From: Paraspadella gotoi
Lineage: Eukaryota; Animalia; Chaetognatha
Assembly: GCA_051294375.1 (NCBI GenBank)
Contig: CM119265.1
Location: forward strand, 10,743,042 to 10,807,041
Direction: 5' to 3'
Length of the DNA: 64,000 nucleotides
Position numbers and translations under genes: made by a program
The notes under the pieces: generated by a model
Database searches by the model: none
What the model was told of the DNA's origin: nothing
The model's input: only the letters and a program-made list of their open reading frames with translations
Part shown: piece by piece, positions 1-13,364 of the stretch
How the letters are laid out: every line of letters starts with the position of its first letter
Numbering within the stretch: position 1 is the first letter of the stretch

Positions 1-1839
1 GCGGTTTCTGATAATTTTGGTTCCTAGCAATTTTTGCACCAGTAGCGCAGTAAATATTACAAAACCATGGATGATTTCTGAAACTGCAGTGTTTGGGCTA
101 TCCAACGCTGCCGGAACAAAGAAAATAAACACGGCACTTAGTCTGATTTCTTTTTAAATTTTTTTTATTTGGGGGTATTTACTGTATAAATCAAATATAC
201 AGCGGTCATGCACTGATTCCAATGCTCTTCGGTTTAGCCTAACTTTCAAGCACATAACGAAAAAAATAAATTGATGTCATAGTAAGAAATAATAGCAATT
301 AATCCTAATTTTTTTTAAAAAATTTGTTGTCATTTTTGTTTCTTACTGTTTTTGCCAAAGAAGATTGAAGAGAAGTCGTGATGATAATGTCCCGGAAATG
401 TATATGTTGAAATACGCTTTTTTTACATGATGAGTTTTCTAGCGCGAAAAAACCTCTTTGCCGTTTTTCTTTTGAAGTTTTTGATCTTCTCTTTAAAATA
501 TAGGATTAATATGAATCGTTTTTCAGGAAGTGTATTTTTAACTACGTTTTCGCAAAATACTTTTTTCATCACTAAGCAGAGAATAGCTGATATATAATAT
601 GCGTATTTTTCGAGTAACTTTAATATTAAGATCGTTTTTATGTATCCTCCCTCATTGAGAGTAGGAGACGTTCTCAGAATAGCATTTCAGTACACACATG
701 AATTAAATTTAGAGAGAAAAGAGAGAGAGAAGCATTGGTAGAGAGAGCCATAATGAACAACTAGAGGAAGAAAACGGAAATTCATATGAAAATAGGTAAG
801 GTTGGATCTAAAAGATATTTAAATGTATAGAGCATTAGTCTGCTCTCGCATCACACCGCCGCTTAGAAAAATATTATATCTAACCTGAATTCGTAATCAT
901 CGACAAGAAACGAATGCAGGTTCTGATAATCTGAGTTCCTGAGTCAATTTTATTGCTATTCTCTCTATTTCATGCTATGCAAAATAATATATCGTTTCAC
1001 CAAAGAGCGTCTATTAGGATGATATCTTGTAAACTTGCAAGTGATTCTTGGCGTCTATATTACAACGGATGTGCGATGCGAATCTGAAACAGCAGTTTTT
1101 CTTGTGCTTCTATAGCTAATAAAGTAAAATGTAATACGCACTGCACTTAGTCTGATTTCTTTTTAAAATTTTTTCATTTGGGTATTACTGTATAAAATCA
1201 AATTAATACAGCGGTCGATGCACTGATTCCAATGCTCTTCGGTTTAGCCTAAACTTTCAAAGCACATAACGAAAAAAATAAATTGAGTCATAAAGAAGAA
1301 TAAAGCAATTAATCCAAATTTTTTTCTGAAAAATTGTGTTGTATCATTTCTCTGTTCTTTACTGTTTTGCCAAACATGCCCTATTTAAATTATAAAAAAT
1401 ATAAAGAATTAGCTATGAAACTACAATGTCTTAAGTACATTTCGTTCGTCGCCGAAAATAGAAAATTCATTGAAGCTATCATAGGTATCCAAAAGGAGCC
1501 TTCGAAATAACCTCACTTTTCTTTGCAATATTACCCTATTAAATTGATAAAAGCCTGTATCTCATAGATAAAAAATAAAAACAACAATGTTTATCCAAGC
1601 AGCGGACATGGCATTAGCGTGTTATATAAAAGATTGTATGGTCTTCTTTAAATAAAAAAGGGCCACAGTCATTGAGGCTCTTTCTTCTCCTTATATTTCA
1701 CTTTCCTATCCTCAGCTAATATCAACTAATCCTTTCACATTTCAAAATTTCATAACTGCATCGTTAACTAATCCTTTAGTCTAACATATTTAAGATTAAG
1801 ATAATTGTTAAACTCTTACTGACATTTAGTTGTTCAAAT

Positions 1840-2260
1840 TTTACTCTTGTGTTGTACATTACACAAATGTAGTCTTTAATACTTTTTATTTATCCCTGTA
1901 TGTCCCTCTCTCTCATCTCGCCTCCTCTCTCTCCTCTAACAAATTTCATTTCTTTTTACAACTCACTCAATCTGTCCAAACTTCAGGCCTGTTCTCCTCT
2001 CATCTGACCAACATATTCTGTCCTGACGCCACTTTGTTGAGAAACCTTACCCATCTAGCCTCTCATCTCTCTCTCTCTCTCTCTCTCCAACACCCTTACT
2101 TTTTGCACCAAATTACTTTCGCTTATGTGCGAAACGCTGATGAAGGCTCGTCGAAATGTTGAGCCGAAACATTGTCCGGTATCTCCATTTATAATTTCGT
2201 TTGTAGCCACAATTAAAAAACTTTGTTTTTCTCTAAATCTCTTAATATACAATCTGAGAA
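1840..2260 (+). mobile_element. Penelope-like/retrozyme-type dispersed repeat: (CT)n-rich body followed by a minimal hammerhead motif (2131-2180)
   Basis: CTGATGA-AGGCTC...GAGCC-GAAAC-ATT-GTC at 2137-2176. The same body and motif recur at ~36960-37300 (+), ~39780-40140 (-) and ~46885-47130 (-). Confidence 0.6.
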
Positions 2261-3180
2261 ACGAAAGGGTTTATTCACATAAAAATTGTTATATTAATAT
2301 AGCTATTGAGCATTATGAAAAGGTTTATAATTTGCACCTGAAAGATGACAAAAAATTTTAAAATCTTGATAATACAGCTTTTACCCCTATTGTCAGTAGT
2401 TTTTAAATCAGCCGGAACAAAGTTTGAACTCCTAAATAATTCATATTTAAATCATATGTTTTTAAGGTTCCGACATGAATTTTAAAATTTTTTTTTTTCA
2501 ACAAAATGATAAATTCATTATCCTTAGTAATTACATAACCATTTGAAGTATAGAAATTTTTTGTTTATATCAGAAACATAAATTCAATCTTTTCTCTTTC
2601 AGAATCTATATTTATTTATTTTTTAAATACGCCAAGTGTGTTAAATTTAATTTCCAAAAGTTGTTATAACTTTTGACTAAGATTCCGATCCAGATATTAA
2701 AAATATCCTTTGAAAACATTTGAGAAAAATTATATGGAAAAGATGCCCCATAATCATGGCTTTAATATGATACCAGTCTCATCGTTCTAGTCATTTTGGT
2801 CTCAAAAGATATCAAAGAAAATCAATTTTTTTATTACCCAATTAAGTCACTCGACCGAAGCTAAAAATTTAAAGTGAACCAAAAAGAAAAATTTAAGAAC
2901 GCAGATTTATTTAAAAAATTGGGCGTCGGAAAATGACCATTTTTGTAGATTATTTTTAAATGCGTGGGTCAATTGATTTGAAATGTTACATCCACAATAT
3001 TGACAGCAATATTCCTATCAAGTAAAATGTAAAAATATTTAAAATAACATTATAAACGACCAGGTAACTTGGCTATCTAGACAATGCTATTGTAATCCTG
3101 AAACAGATCTAAAGTTGTTTATTTTTCATTTTGTTTCTCTGTTTTTTTGATGGCCCATGAATCTTTTGTTTTTGCTTTCA

Positions 3181-3425
3181 GTGAGTTGGTCAATGAATTT
3201 GCTCCATTCAGTTTATTATCTAGGACCATCCCAAGCAGTTTAAATTCATGTTGAAAACGTTGTCATCGCCGAGGTAAAGTTCTAGAGAACCATTATGATG
3301 GCTTGTGACGCATGGACACCTACTAAATATGGTTGCAACTGATTTACCTGGTGATAATTGTAATTGCCAGGTTTCACATCATCTTACAATTTGTTGAACT
3401 AGTGTAGTTTGTCTTTTGCTTCATC
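3181..3425 (-). mobile_element. Non-LTR retrotransposon (LINE) reverse-transcriptase C-terminal remnant, copy 1
   Basis: Minus-strand translation gives WQLQLSPGKSVATIFSR and HEFKLLGMVLDNKLN, matching the LINE RT motifs W.L..NP.KS and FKYLG..LD..L. Near-identical to 4840-5082. Confidence 0.65.
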
Positions 3426-3612
3426 TAGAGAGAGAGAGAGAGAGCGATAAAAAATCCTGACCAACCCATTCCATTCTATTTCTTGACACTTGTCATAGGT
3501 TGACTCGAACCGCATGTCTCACCCTGTGTCGCCGAGACGAGGACGAATGCCTCCCGGCCAAATTTTCGGCCAACAGCAGCACCAACCGAGCGTGGAGAAG
3601 GAGATCGAGGAA

Positions 3613-3637
3613 NNNNNNNNNNNNNNNNNNNNNNNNN
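3613..3637. other. Assembly gap, exactly 25 N
   Basis: N run. Same length as the gaps at 18622-18646 and 62285-62309, typical of long-read gap-filling output. Confidence 0.95.
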
Positions 3638-4839
3638 ACATGCCCTTTAAAATTATAAAAATAAGATTAGCTAATGAACTACAATGTCTTAAGTACATTT
3701 CGTTGCCCGAACAAAGAAAATTCATTGATATCATAGTATCAATATGGAGCCTTCAATAATCATTTTCTTTGCAATTTACCCCTTTATTGATAAAAGCCTT
3801 GTATTATAATAAAAAATAAAAACAACATTTTACCATACAGCTACATGCATTAGCGTGTTATTAAAAGATTGTAGTGGTTTTTTAATAAAAATTTTTATTA
3901 ATATAGCTATTGAGCATTATGCAAAGGTTTTAATTGCACCTGAGATGACAAAAATTTTAAAATTTCGTGATAATATACAGTCTTTAGGCCCTTGTTCAGT
4001 ATGTTTTTTAATCATTGCCTGGAAACAAGTTTGAACTTCCTAAATTTCATAATTTAATATCATTATGTTTTTTAAGGTTTCCGACTGATTTTTTTGAAAT
4101 TTTTTTTGTTTTTTCAACATAAATGATAATTTTTTCATTATCCTAGTAATTACATAAACCATTTGAAGTATATTGAAATTATTTTTTGATTTATTATGCA
4201 GAACACATTACACTTCAATCTTTCGTCTTTCAGAAATCTATATTTACTTTATTCTTTTAAATACGGCAATGTGTGGTTAAATTTAATTTCGGCAGAAGTT
4301 GTTTATACTTTTGACTAAGATTCCGATCGTCTAGATATTATAAAATATGCCTTTGATTAACATTTAGGAAAATTATATTGGTAAAAGTTTTATGCTCGTT
4401 CCATAATCGATGGCTTTATATGATACCAGTTCTCATTCTGTCTCTCACGCCTCATTTTTCGGTTCAAACAGATATCAAAGAAAATCATTTTTTTATTCAC
4501 CAATTAAGTCAGCTCGACGCAAGCTAAAAATTCTAAGATGGAACCAAAAAGAAAAGTTAATGAACGAGAGTTCTATTTTAAAAATCTGGGCGTGGAAACT
4601 GACATTTTTTGTAGATTATTTTTAAATGCGTGGGTCAATTGATTTGAAATGTTACATCCACAATATTGACATCATCTTCCTATCAAGTAAATGTAAAAAA
4701 TATTAAAATAACATTAAAACGACCAGGTAACTTGGCTATCTAGACAATGCTATTGTAATCCTGAAACAGATCTAAAGTTGTTTATTTTTTCATTGTTTCT
4801 GTTTTTTTTGATGGCCATGATTTTTGTTTTTGCTTTCAG

Positions 4840-5082
4840 TGAGTTGGTCAATGAATTTGCTCCATTCAGTTTATTATCTAGGACCATCCCAAGCAGTTTA
4901 AATTCATGTTGAAAACGTTGTCATCGCCGAGGTAAAGTTCTAGAGAACCATTATGATGGCTTGTGACCATGGACACCTACTAAATATGGTTGCAACTGAT
5001 TTACCTGGTGATAATTGTAATTGCCAGGTTTCACATCATCTTACAATTTGTTGGAACTAGTGTAGTTTGTCTTTTGCTTCAT
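4840..5082 (-). mobile_element. LINE reverse-transcriptase remnant, copy 2
   Basis: Same WQLQLSPGKS / FKLLGMVLDNKL motifs, with stops and frameshifts. Confidence 0.65.
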
Positions 5083-5155
5083 CTAGAGAGAGAGAGAGAG
5101 AGCGATAAAAAATCCTGACAACCCATTCCATTCTATTTCTTGACACTTGTCATAG

Positions 5156-5583
5156 GTTGACTCGAACGCATGTCTCACCCTGTGTCGCCGAGACGAGGAC
5201 GAATGCCTCCCGGCCAAATTTTCGGCCAAACAGCAGCACCATACCGAGCGTGGAGAAGGAGATCGAGGAAGAGCCCAGCTGGCCGCCAATCTCCAAGTGG
5301 AGCATCTACGAGGTTTTATTCTCGTAATCCGCGGCGCTTAATGTGACCGCGATTGTAACCTAATCCTATCATTGCAGATCCTCGACCAGCATCGACTTCA
5401 GCATCATTTCGGAAGGCGTGTCCGGCGCGTCTCCGACCAGGGCGTCCATGTTCGGTCGTCACGACGTCGACGGGGAAGCGTCCCGATTCTGAAATGTCGG
5501 TCGCAGTGACGCCTTCAGCGATCTTGGGGACTTCACGAGGTCCCTCGCCGCCGCTACGGCCTCCCAAAGAGTTCTTTGCTCAG
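5156..5583 (+). CDS. Two internal exons (5156-5312, 5378-5583) of an unidentified Pro/Ser-rich protein gene
   Basis: GC-rich blocks bounded by ag/gt. The spliced frame is open (VDSNACLTLCRRDEDECLPAK...PSPPLRPPKEFFAQ) and ends in phase 0. Redundant noisier copies lie at ~3498-3612 and ~11213-11537. Confidence 0.55.
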
Positions 5584-5620
5584 GTATAGAGAACGAGAAA
5601 ATATGTGAAGGCTTCATATT

Positions 5621-7428
5621 ATAAAATGTGGTACCCTTTTTTGTGACCAGAATACTGTTCCACCAAACTACCTGAGCGAATTTAATGAATTTTTACATTA
5701 AGAGTGCGAATTTTGATATTCAACCCTGACAGAGAACAAAAATAATGCTAAATTTTTTTTTTTCATTTTCAAAATTTTTTAGTAGCATCAAGGTAACTAA
5801 CATAGGTAATGAAATACGTTTTTAGGTAATATTTGTGGACAAGTAAACGTCTGAAACCCGATCGGTAAGCTTGGGGAGAAATCACTGAAATGGAAATCGA
5901 GCTCTCTGGATAACCAAAGATTAGATATGTCGCTCCGCGCTTAAAAAAAAATCCGAAAGAACGAAGCGGTTTCTGATAATTTTGGTTTCCTAGCAATTTT
6001 TGCACCAGTAGCGCAGTAAATATTACAAAACCATGGATGATTTCTGAAACTGCCAGTGTTTGCGGCTATCCAACGCCGCCGGACAAGAAACTAAAGCGTA
6101 CAATATAAATAAACACGACCTTGGTCTGATTCTTTTTAAATTTTTTTTATTTGTGCGGTATTTACTGTATAAGTCAATTAAATATACAGCGGTCATGCAC
6201 TGATTCCATTCTGTGGGTTTAGCCTAACTTTCAAAGCACATAACGAAAAAAATAAATTGAGACATAGTAAGAAATAATAGCAATAATCCAAATTTTTTTT
6301 CTCACAAATTTGTTGTCATATTTTGTTTTTACTGTTTTTGCCAACATGCCTTTAAAATTATAAAATAAAGATAGCTAATGAAACTACAATGTCTTAGGTA
6401 CATTTCGTTGCTGGAACAAAGAAAATTCATTGATATCATAGTATCAATATGGAGCCTTGAAATAACTTATTTTCTTTGCAATTGACCACCCTTTATTGAT
6501 AAAAGGCCTTGTATATATAATAAAAAATAAAAACAACAATTTTAACCATACAGCTACATGCTTGCGTGTTTATTAACAGAATTGTTATGCTTTTTTTAAT
6601 AAAAAATACTTATACTTAATATAGCTAATAGGGCATTAGCAAAGGTTTTTAATTTTGCACCTGAAGATGACATAAAATTTAAAAATCTGATAATAGAGCC
6701 TTTTTAGCCCTCTGTCAGTAGTTTTAATCAGCCGGAACAAAGTTAAAACTCCTAAATTTTCATACTTTTAAATCATATCGTTTTTTAAGGTTCCTTCTAT
6801 TGAATTTTTTAATTTTTTTGTTTTCAACAAAATGATAATCATTTCCTTAGTAATTAATTAACATTTGAGGTATAGAAATTTGTTTATATCAGAAACATTA
6901 ATTCAATCTTTTACTCTTTCAGAATCTATATTCACTCTTATTTTAAATTACAGCCCAAGTGTGTTTTAAATTTAATTTCAAAAGTTGTTATACTTTTACT
7001 AGATCGCATCCAGATTTTTAAAAAATCCGTATGGAAATATTGAGAAAAAATATTATGGGAAAAGATGCCCCATAATTTGGCTTAATATGATACCAGTCTC
7101 ATCGTTCTATCATTTTTGCTTTTCAAAAGATTATCAAAGAAAATCAATTTTTTTATTACCAATGAAGTCACTCGGCAAAAAGCTAAAAAAATTTTGTGGC
7201 AACCAAAAGAAAATTTAACGATCACAGCATTTTTTTTTAAAAAACTTGGTGAAAAGACCATTTTTTGTTGATTATTTTTTCAACGTGTGGGGTCGATTTT
7301 GATTTGAATGTTACATCAACAATATGACATCATTCTTATCAGTAAATGTAAAAAATACTTAAAATAACATTATAAACGACCAATAACTTGTCTATCTACA
7401 AAGATAACGGATCAGAGGCTCCGAAGAA
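5621..7428 (+). mobile_element. AT-rich DNA-transposon/Helitron-like repeat in the intron (redundant copies at 1-360, ~915-1660, 2260-3070, 3640-4730, 11575-12630, 13365-13616)
   Basis: Starts ATAAAATGTGGTACCCTTTTTTGTGACCAGAA; the inverted counterpart is at ~21135-21210. Long near-identical blocks are repeated several times. Confidence 0.5.
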
Positions 7429-8283
7429 ATTTCTATCATGTTGCTCTCTCCACCACGCAGATGCTCTTTTGTTCCAGATGTCGTGTGTCCACAAGGAAGA
7501 TACAAAAGATTATCGCGGGGCGCAACAGACCTCAGGGCGTCAGAATTCAGCCCTTCTCTCTCATTGCCAAGAGTTGAAGCATTCTCTCACTGGTTCCGTT
7601 ACGAAGCGGCTTGCGAAGTTCTTCGTCTCTTTCCTTTCGAGGTCGGACCTTCGAGAGATCAAGCTTCTGTGAAGATGTGCTGGATATCTCGCCATCTTAG
7701 TGACAACAGATTGTCCTATAGCACCATCAAATTGCATAGATCGCCGCGATTTTGCGGATTTTGCCTTTGTGTGGAGGGTGGCTCCTATCGGTCAGCAACC
7801 CATTGGTTTGCCGTCTACTCAAAGGAGTTTTTTCAGCTATGGCTCCTTCGCGCCGGATCTACAGCTTGGAGTGTGGCTGCGGTACTGATCTTTGCGCGTT
7901 TTCTGATGTTGATGCCTTTCCTTTATCCTTGATATATATTCGCAAGGACTTTGTTTCTTCTTGCTTTTGGCTTCCACAGTCGACCTTTTCTGAATTGGGT
8001 CTCCTTGCGATGTGGTCCGGACCACATGGTTTTGGTGAGGATTCACATACTGTTTCGTGCCCTCCAGGCTTTCCAGACGGATCGATTCGTCATCTTGGCC
8101 CTGTTTTTCGTTTGGATCGACTGACGGTTCTGTTTGATGCCCGCGTCCTGCCTTGCGTCCTGCGTCAGACAAGTTCTACGGGCCTAGCAACAATTTTCTT
8201 TTCCTCTTCCCCGGCGCCGCCTTCATTGGACCTTTTCTCTCCAGAACGTTTTTCCGCTCTGATCAATCAGTCTTTAGAGATGC

Positions 8284-8630
8284 TGTAGTAGGTAGTATTT
8301 CATACCCACTACTCGTCCGAGATCAGCAGCACCTATGATATGCGTCGGACGGGTACACGAGCTTCCTTCCACCCAAAGGACTCGGGTTCGCGTCCCTGCT
8401 GATTCACACAGTAAAAGCGGGACGGGGGTCTAACCCACCTGTATGTGTGGACTACAGCCCGATTCCAAAGTTCGACCTTGTGCGCAACGGACGGTTAAAA
8501 TGCTCGCGGGCATTCGTCTTTCCACATTGGTGAGCCACACGAACACGCTGGCACGTTAATACACCTCTGCCCGTGCATGTTAACACACCTCTGCCTCGAC
8601 CATCGTGGGGTGAAAGACGGCGAGCAGGAA
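8284..8630 (+). mobile_element. Truncated small LTR element (sister family of the 26724-27377 element): LTR 8284-8526, PBS and partial internal region
   Basis: TG...CA LTR of ~243 bp followed by TTGGTGAGCC (same PBS start as 26958). Same order of 5' hairpin, tRNA-like unit and twister-like fold. Interrupts the DIRS YR frame. Confidence 0.7.
8407..8482 (+). ncRNA. Twister (type P5)-like ribozyme, divergent/noisy copy
   Basis: CACAG..GCGG-GA-CGG-GGGTC-T^AA-CCC-AC-[CTGTA..TACAG]-CCCGA-TTCCAAA-GT-TCGA..CTTGTG. T1 is AC/GT here versus GC/GC in the other family. Confidence 0.55.
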
Positions 8631-10394
8631 TACGGGCAGCTATGGCAGTTCGGATGGCCCTTCGCTAAAGAGAGTGACTTGGACGTCATCTTCGTGCTGG
8701 AGATTGGTTTGGGCACTCACGACTTTTCTTCCGCTTTATTGTCGGGAGTTCGTTGGGTTTCTCTAGCGGTGGTTCTTCGTGGATGAGTGATTTCCTTTCT
8801 GATTCCATCCCGAAAAGATGGAGCTTGAGAGGAGGAGGAGGAGCTCTACTCCCTTTTCTGCTTTTCTCTTTGTATTTCTTGTGGACACACAACATCCTGG
8901 AACAAAAGAGCATCTGCGTGGTGGAGAGGAGCCATGAAGGAATCCTGGTTCCATTTCTGGAAACCATAAATTACCAAATGGAATCGAGCTCTTCTGCATT
9001 GGTCGAGACTTCAATGGAAGCTCCAATGGGTTGAGAAGGCAGGAAACTTTGCCCAACGGTTTCTGATCCACAAGTGGGGTGTCAAATCCATTCCTGTCAC
9101 CACATTTAAGTAAGTAGACGGGGATTTCAAAACATTAACCAAGGTAAAATTATTGATAAAAAAGAGATAAAAAGACGGTGTCCAATTTTGGACAGAATGC
9201 TCAGATACAAGATTACATCTATTTATACAGTGCAAGTGAGATCAGATCAGGCCTCTTCACCCATTGGGCCGCTTCCATTTGGGTCATCGACCAATCAGGA
9301 AAGACAATTCAATATTTAGTTTTATTTTTATATATTTTATCGGGGTCCCGCGAAGGATGATATTTCCCAATATTCACTGCCAAAAAACCGTTTTTTAAAT
9401 TCCTACAAATGAGTTTCCGCGATATAGTCATTAAACGTCAGCTTGAAAGGCAAAATTTGTTCAGATATAAAATTTTCGAGTTTCTCTTAGATTCTACGCC
9501 GCTAGTACAAACTATTTAAAAAAAAGAGGAAAAACGTTTTTGCTGATTTTTCCAGCATAATCCATAAATGTATAAGACGATGGGTACACCTGAAAGTGAT
9601 ATGTCTCTAGAAGAAGTGAAAATTCTTCCTTTAGTTTTATTTAAAATTTAGGTATTGTACCCAATAGGATAAATTGAGATACTCCGCTTTGCCGAAATTT
9701 TATTTAACAAAAAGATTTGTTTCTGGGTAGTTCAAATCTTAGTTTCTCTAACTGTAAAAAAAGTTATTTTCTGAATAACTTTGAAAAGAAAAGAGGTTAG
9801 GATGTGCGTAGGTATTCCAAATTAAAGCCCAATTCATGGACACCTTTTTCTAAATAGCTTTTTATTAAATTATCCATAAATCTTTACACAGCTTTTATTA
9901 AATCGGAAACAGTTAAAAGTTTTATAACAGTTTTTTGCAATTAAAAATTTTCAATGACAGGCATTGTGAATTTTTTCTTCTTTCAAATTTGAAAAAGGTC
10001 AAAGACATAAATTACATTTGATTACCATTTAAATTGCTTGTATTTTTTTAGTTAAGAAAACAAGCAAAAATTATCGAAGTAGCTGGCATAAAATGTTTTT
10101 TTAATATGAAAAATGATAAATAAAAAACATATTTTTCAAGATTGATATAAAAGTCTGAACGTCATACCTTCTTGTCTGTGAAAAAAAATTGTCATTTTTT
10201 CATTATCTACAACTGCAAACAAAAAGCTTGACACGCTGCTTGTTTCTTCTTCATAATAAAATTTCTTAATTTAAAAATGACCATTGCTGGCCGACATATT
10301 TGGACACAAAGCAAGACATTCATTGTGTTATTTGTAATAAACAATTTTTTCTTTTAAATATAACAACCTTCTAGTTACAAGGAATTTAATCTTA

Positions 10395-10960
10395 CTATCT
10401 AGGAAAAAAGTTAGAAACATTTTTAAATTGCAGGATATGCTAACTCGAAAAACATGCCTCGGATTTTTTTTAAAAAATCAGGATGTTTCAGATTCTAACT
10501 AAATTTCCTTTCAGTTGTTTCCTTCCATTTTCTTACGGTAGATCCAACCGTATAGAAGTTAGAGGCAAAATAAGAATTGCTTCCTCAAGTTGAAAAAAAT
10601 TGGCGGAAAAAAATCGCCTTTAGTTTTCCACAATTCTTGGATTTGAGTTATTTGTTATCTATTTCAAATTTGAGTTAGTTATTTTTTTTCATTTTTTTAA
10701 ATTTGGTTATTCCGAAATTAGACAGCCCCTCTCTTTGGTTCATAAGGTTGCAATTGTAGCTCGAGAAAGAGGGAAAGACATCAACATCAACATCGGGCTG
10801 AACAAGATATGCGCCAAAGGTGGAAAAAACATCCACTCGACCCCAAGCACAAGCAGCCCAGACGTAAGCACTCAGGCCGCCCGATGCCGAGGGGAGAGGC
10901 ATACCAAATATGAGAATGTTACCATGATGGTATATGTAAAATAGAACTTAGAAATAGAAA
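10395..10960 (+). mobile_element. Tc1-derived non-autonomous element (noisy copy)
   Basis: TA followed by TIR CTATCTAGGAAAAAAGTTAGAAACA. Remnant ...HTKY C-terminus near 10890-10912. Homologous to 26090-26703. Confidence 0.7.
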
Positions 10961-12630
10961 TGTTCAACGCCTAAAGAACTATCAGTGCTAAAAGAAAAAG
11001 AATCGGCGGAATAGCCCATTGGAAAGGGTCATTGACTGACTTAAGATCAAAAGTCACCCCCCTCACACAAACATAAAAAGGTCATGATTATCGTGTCCAA
11101 TATGTCCAGAAATCTGACCCAGTCAACCGCCATTCTGAATTTTTCTTTTTTTCCTTTCAAATGTATTTAAATAAAAAAATATTTAGGAGCAACGATCAGT
11201 GTGGAGGATGCTAATCGAGGAAGAGCCCAGCTGGCCGCCAATCTCCAAGTGAGCATTACGAGGTTTTTATTCTCGTAATCCGTGGCGCTTTAATGTGACC
11301 GCGATTGTAACCTAATCCTATCATTGCAGATCCTCGACCAGCATCGACTTCAGCATCATTTCGGAAGGCGTGTCCGGCGCGTCTCCGACCAGGGCGTCCA
11401 TGTTCGGTCGTCACCGACGTTCGACGGGGAAGCGTCCCGATTCTGAAATGTCGGTCGGCAGTGACGCCTTCAGCGATCTGGGGACTTCACCGGGTCCCTC
11501 GCCGCCGCCTACGGCCTCCAAAGAGTTCTTTGCTCAGGTATAGAGAACGAGAAAATATGTGAAGGCTTCATATTATAAAATGTGGTACCCCTTTTTTGTG
11601 ACCAGAATCTGTTCCCACCAAACTACCTGATCGAATTTAATGAAATTTTACATTTAGAGTGCGAATTTTGATATTCAACCCCTGACAAGAGACAAAATAT
11701 GCTAAATTTTTTTTTTTCATTTTTCAAAATTTTTTAGTAGCATCAGGTAATAAATGAGGTAATAAATACGTTTTTGTGGAACAGTAAACGTCTGAACCGG
11801 ATCGGAAGCTTGGGGAGAAATCACTGAAATGGAATCGAGCTCTCTGATACAAAGATTAGATATGTCGCTCCGCGCTTAAAAAAAAATCCGAATGAAATTA
11901 AAACCTTGTGCAATAATGCCCTATTAGCTATATTAATATATATTTTTTTTAAAAAAAAGCATAACAATCTTTTAATAACACGCAAGTCGATGTAGCTGTA
12001 TGGTCTTAAAATTGTTGTTTTATTTTTTATTATAATTACAAGGCTTTTATCAATAAAAGCTGGCAAATGCAAAGAAAACTAAGTTTATTTCAAGGCGTCA
12101 TATGATACTATATATCAATGAATTTTCTTTGTCTCCAGCAACGAAATGTACCTAAGAACATTTGTAGTTTCAAGCTAATCTTTTTTTTATAATTTTTAAA
12201 GGGCATGTTGGCAAAAACAGTAAAAACAAAAATGACAACAAATTTGGAGAAAAAAATTTGAGATAATTGACATTATATTCTTACTATTGTTCGTCAAATT
12301 TTTTTTTCGTTATGTGCTTCATAAGTTAGGCTAAACCCAACGAATCGAATCATGTGCATGAACCGCTGTGTAATATTTTAGTGACTTATATACAGTGAAT
12401 ACCGCAAAATAAAAAAAATTTAAAAAGAATTCAGGGCACCAAGCGTCGTTTTGTATTTTTCGTATTGTTTAGTCAAGACCTTATTGGATTTTTCTTTGTT
12501 CACGGCGGCGTTGGATATAGCCCAAACACTGCAGTTTTCAGAAAATCATCCATGGGTTTTGTAATATTTACTGCGCTAATGGTGCAAAAATTGTCTAGGA
12601 ACCAAGAATTTCAGAAACCGTCGTTCTTTC

Positions 12631-13364
12631 NNNNNNNNNNNNNNNNNNNNNNNNNNNNNNNNNNNNNNNNNNNNNNNNNNNNNNNNNNNNNNNNNNNNNN
12701 NNNNNNNNNNNNNNNNNNNNNNNNNNNNNNNNNNNNNNNNNNNNNNNNNNNNNNNNNNNNNNNNNNNNNNNNNNNNNNNNNNNNNNNNNNNNNNNNNNNN
12801 NNNNNNNNNNNNNNNNNNNNNNNNNNNNNNNNNNNNNNNNNNNNNNNNNNNNNNNNNNNNNNNNNNNNNNNNNNNNNNNNNNNNNNNNNNNNNNNNNNNN
12901 NNNNNNNNNNNNNNNNNNNNNNNNNNNNNNNNNNNNNNNNNNNNNNNNNNNNNNNNNNNNNNNNNNNNNNNNNNNNNNNNNNNNNNNNNNNNNNNNNNNN
13001 NNNNNNNNNNNNNNNNNNNNNNNNNNNNNNNNNNNNNNNNNNNNNNNNNNNNNNNNNNNNNNNNNNNNNNNNNNNNNNNNNNNNNNNNNNNNNNNNNNNN
13101 NNNNNNNNNNNNNNNNNNNNNNNNNNNNNNNNNNNNNNNNNNNNNNNNNNNNNNNNNNNNNNNNNNNNNNNNNNNNNNNNNNNNNNNNNNNNNNNNNNNN
13201 NNNNNNNNNNNNNNNNNNNNNNNNNNNNNNNNNNNNNNNNNNNNNNNNNNNNNNNNNNNNNNNNNNNNNNNNNNNNNNNNNNNNNNNNNNNNNNNNNNNN
13301 NNNNNNNNNNNNNNNNNNNNNNNNNNNNNNNNNNNNNNNNNNNNNNNNNNNNNNNNNNNNNNNN
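12631..13364. other. Assembly gap (734 N)
   Basis: N run. Confidence 0.98.

Larger units (their letters stand above)
7429..8972 (+). mobile_element. Miniature (gag/RT-less) DIRS-type tyrosine-recombinase retroelement with inverted terminal repeats, interrupted by an LTR insertion
   Basis: ~85-bp ITRs (7431-7510 vs 8866-8945). Frameshifted YR coding (SYSTI..HRS, HPLVCRLLKG, RxSEL, AGDW). Begins and ends at ATT. Confidence 0.75.

Noticed and set aside
8975-9300. THAP-domain/P-element remnant (QWVKR, IPVTTF; also 18647-18960)
   Set aside because: The motifs are too short and split across strands to support a call.
1-12630. Apparent tandem/inverted segmental duplication of exons and repeats
   Set aside because: The copies differ mainly by scattered single-base indels, abut gaps and include a fold-back at ~11890. 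Redundant raw long-read gap filling is the simpler explanation.
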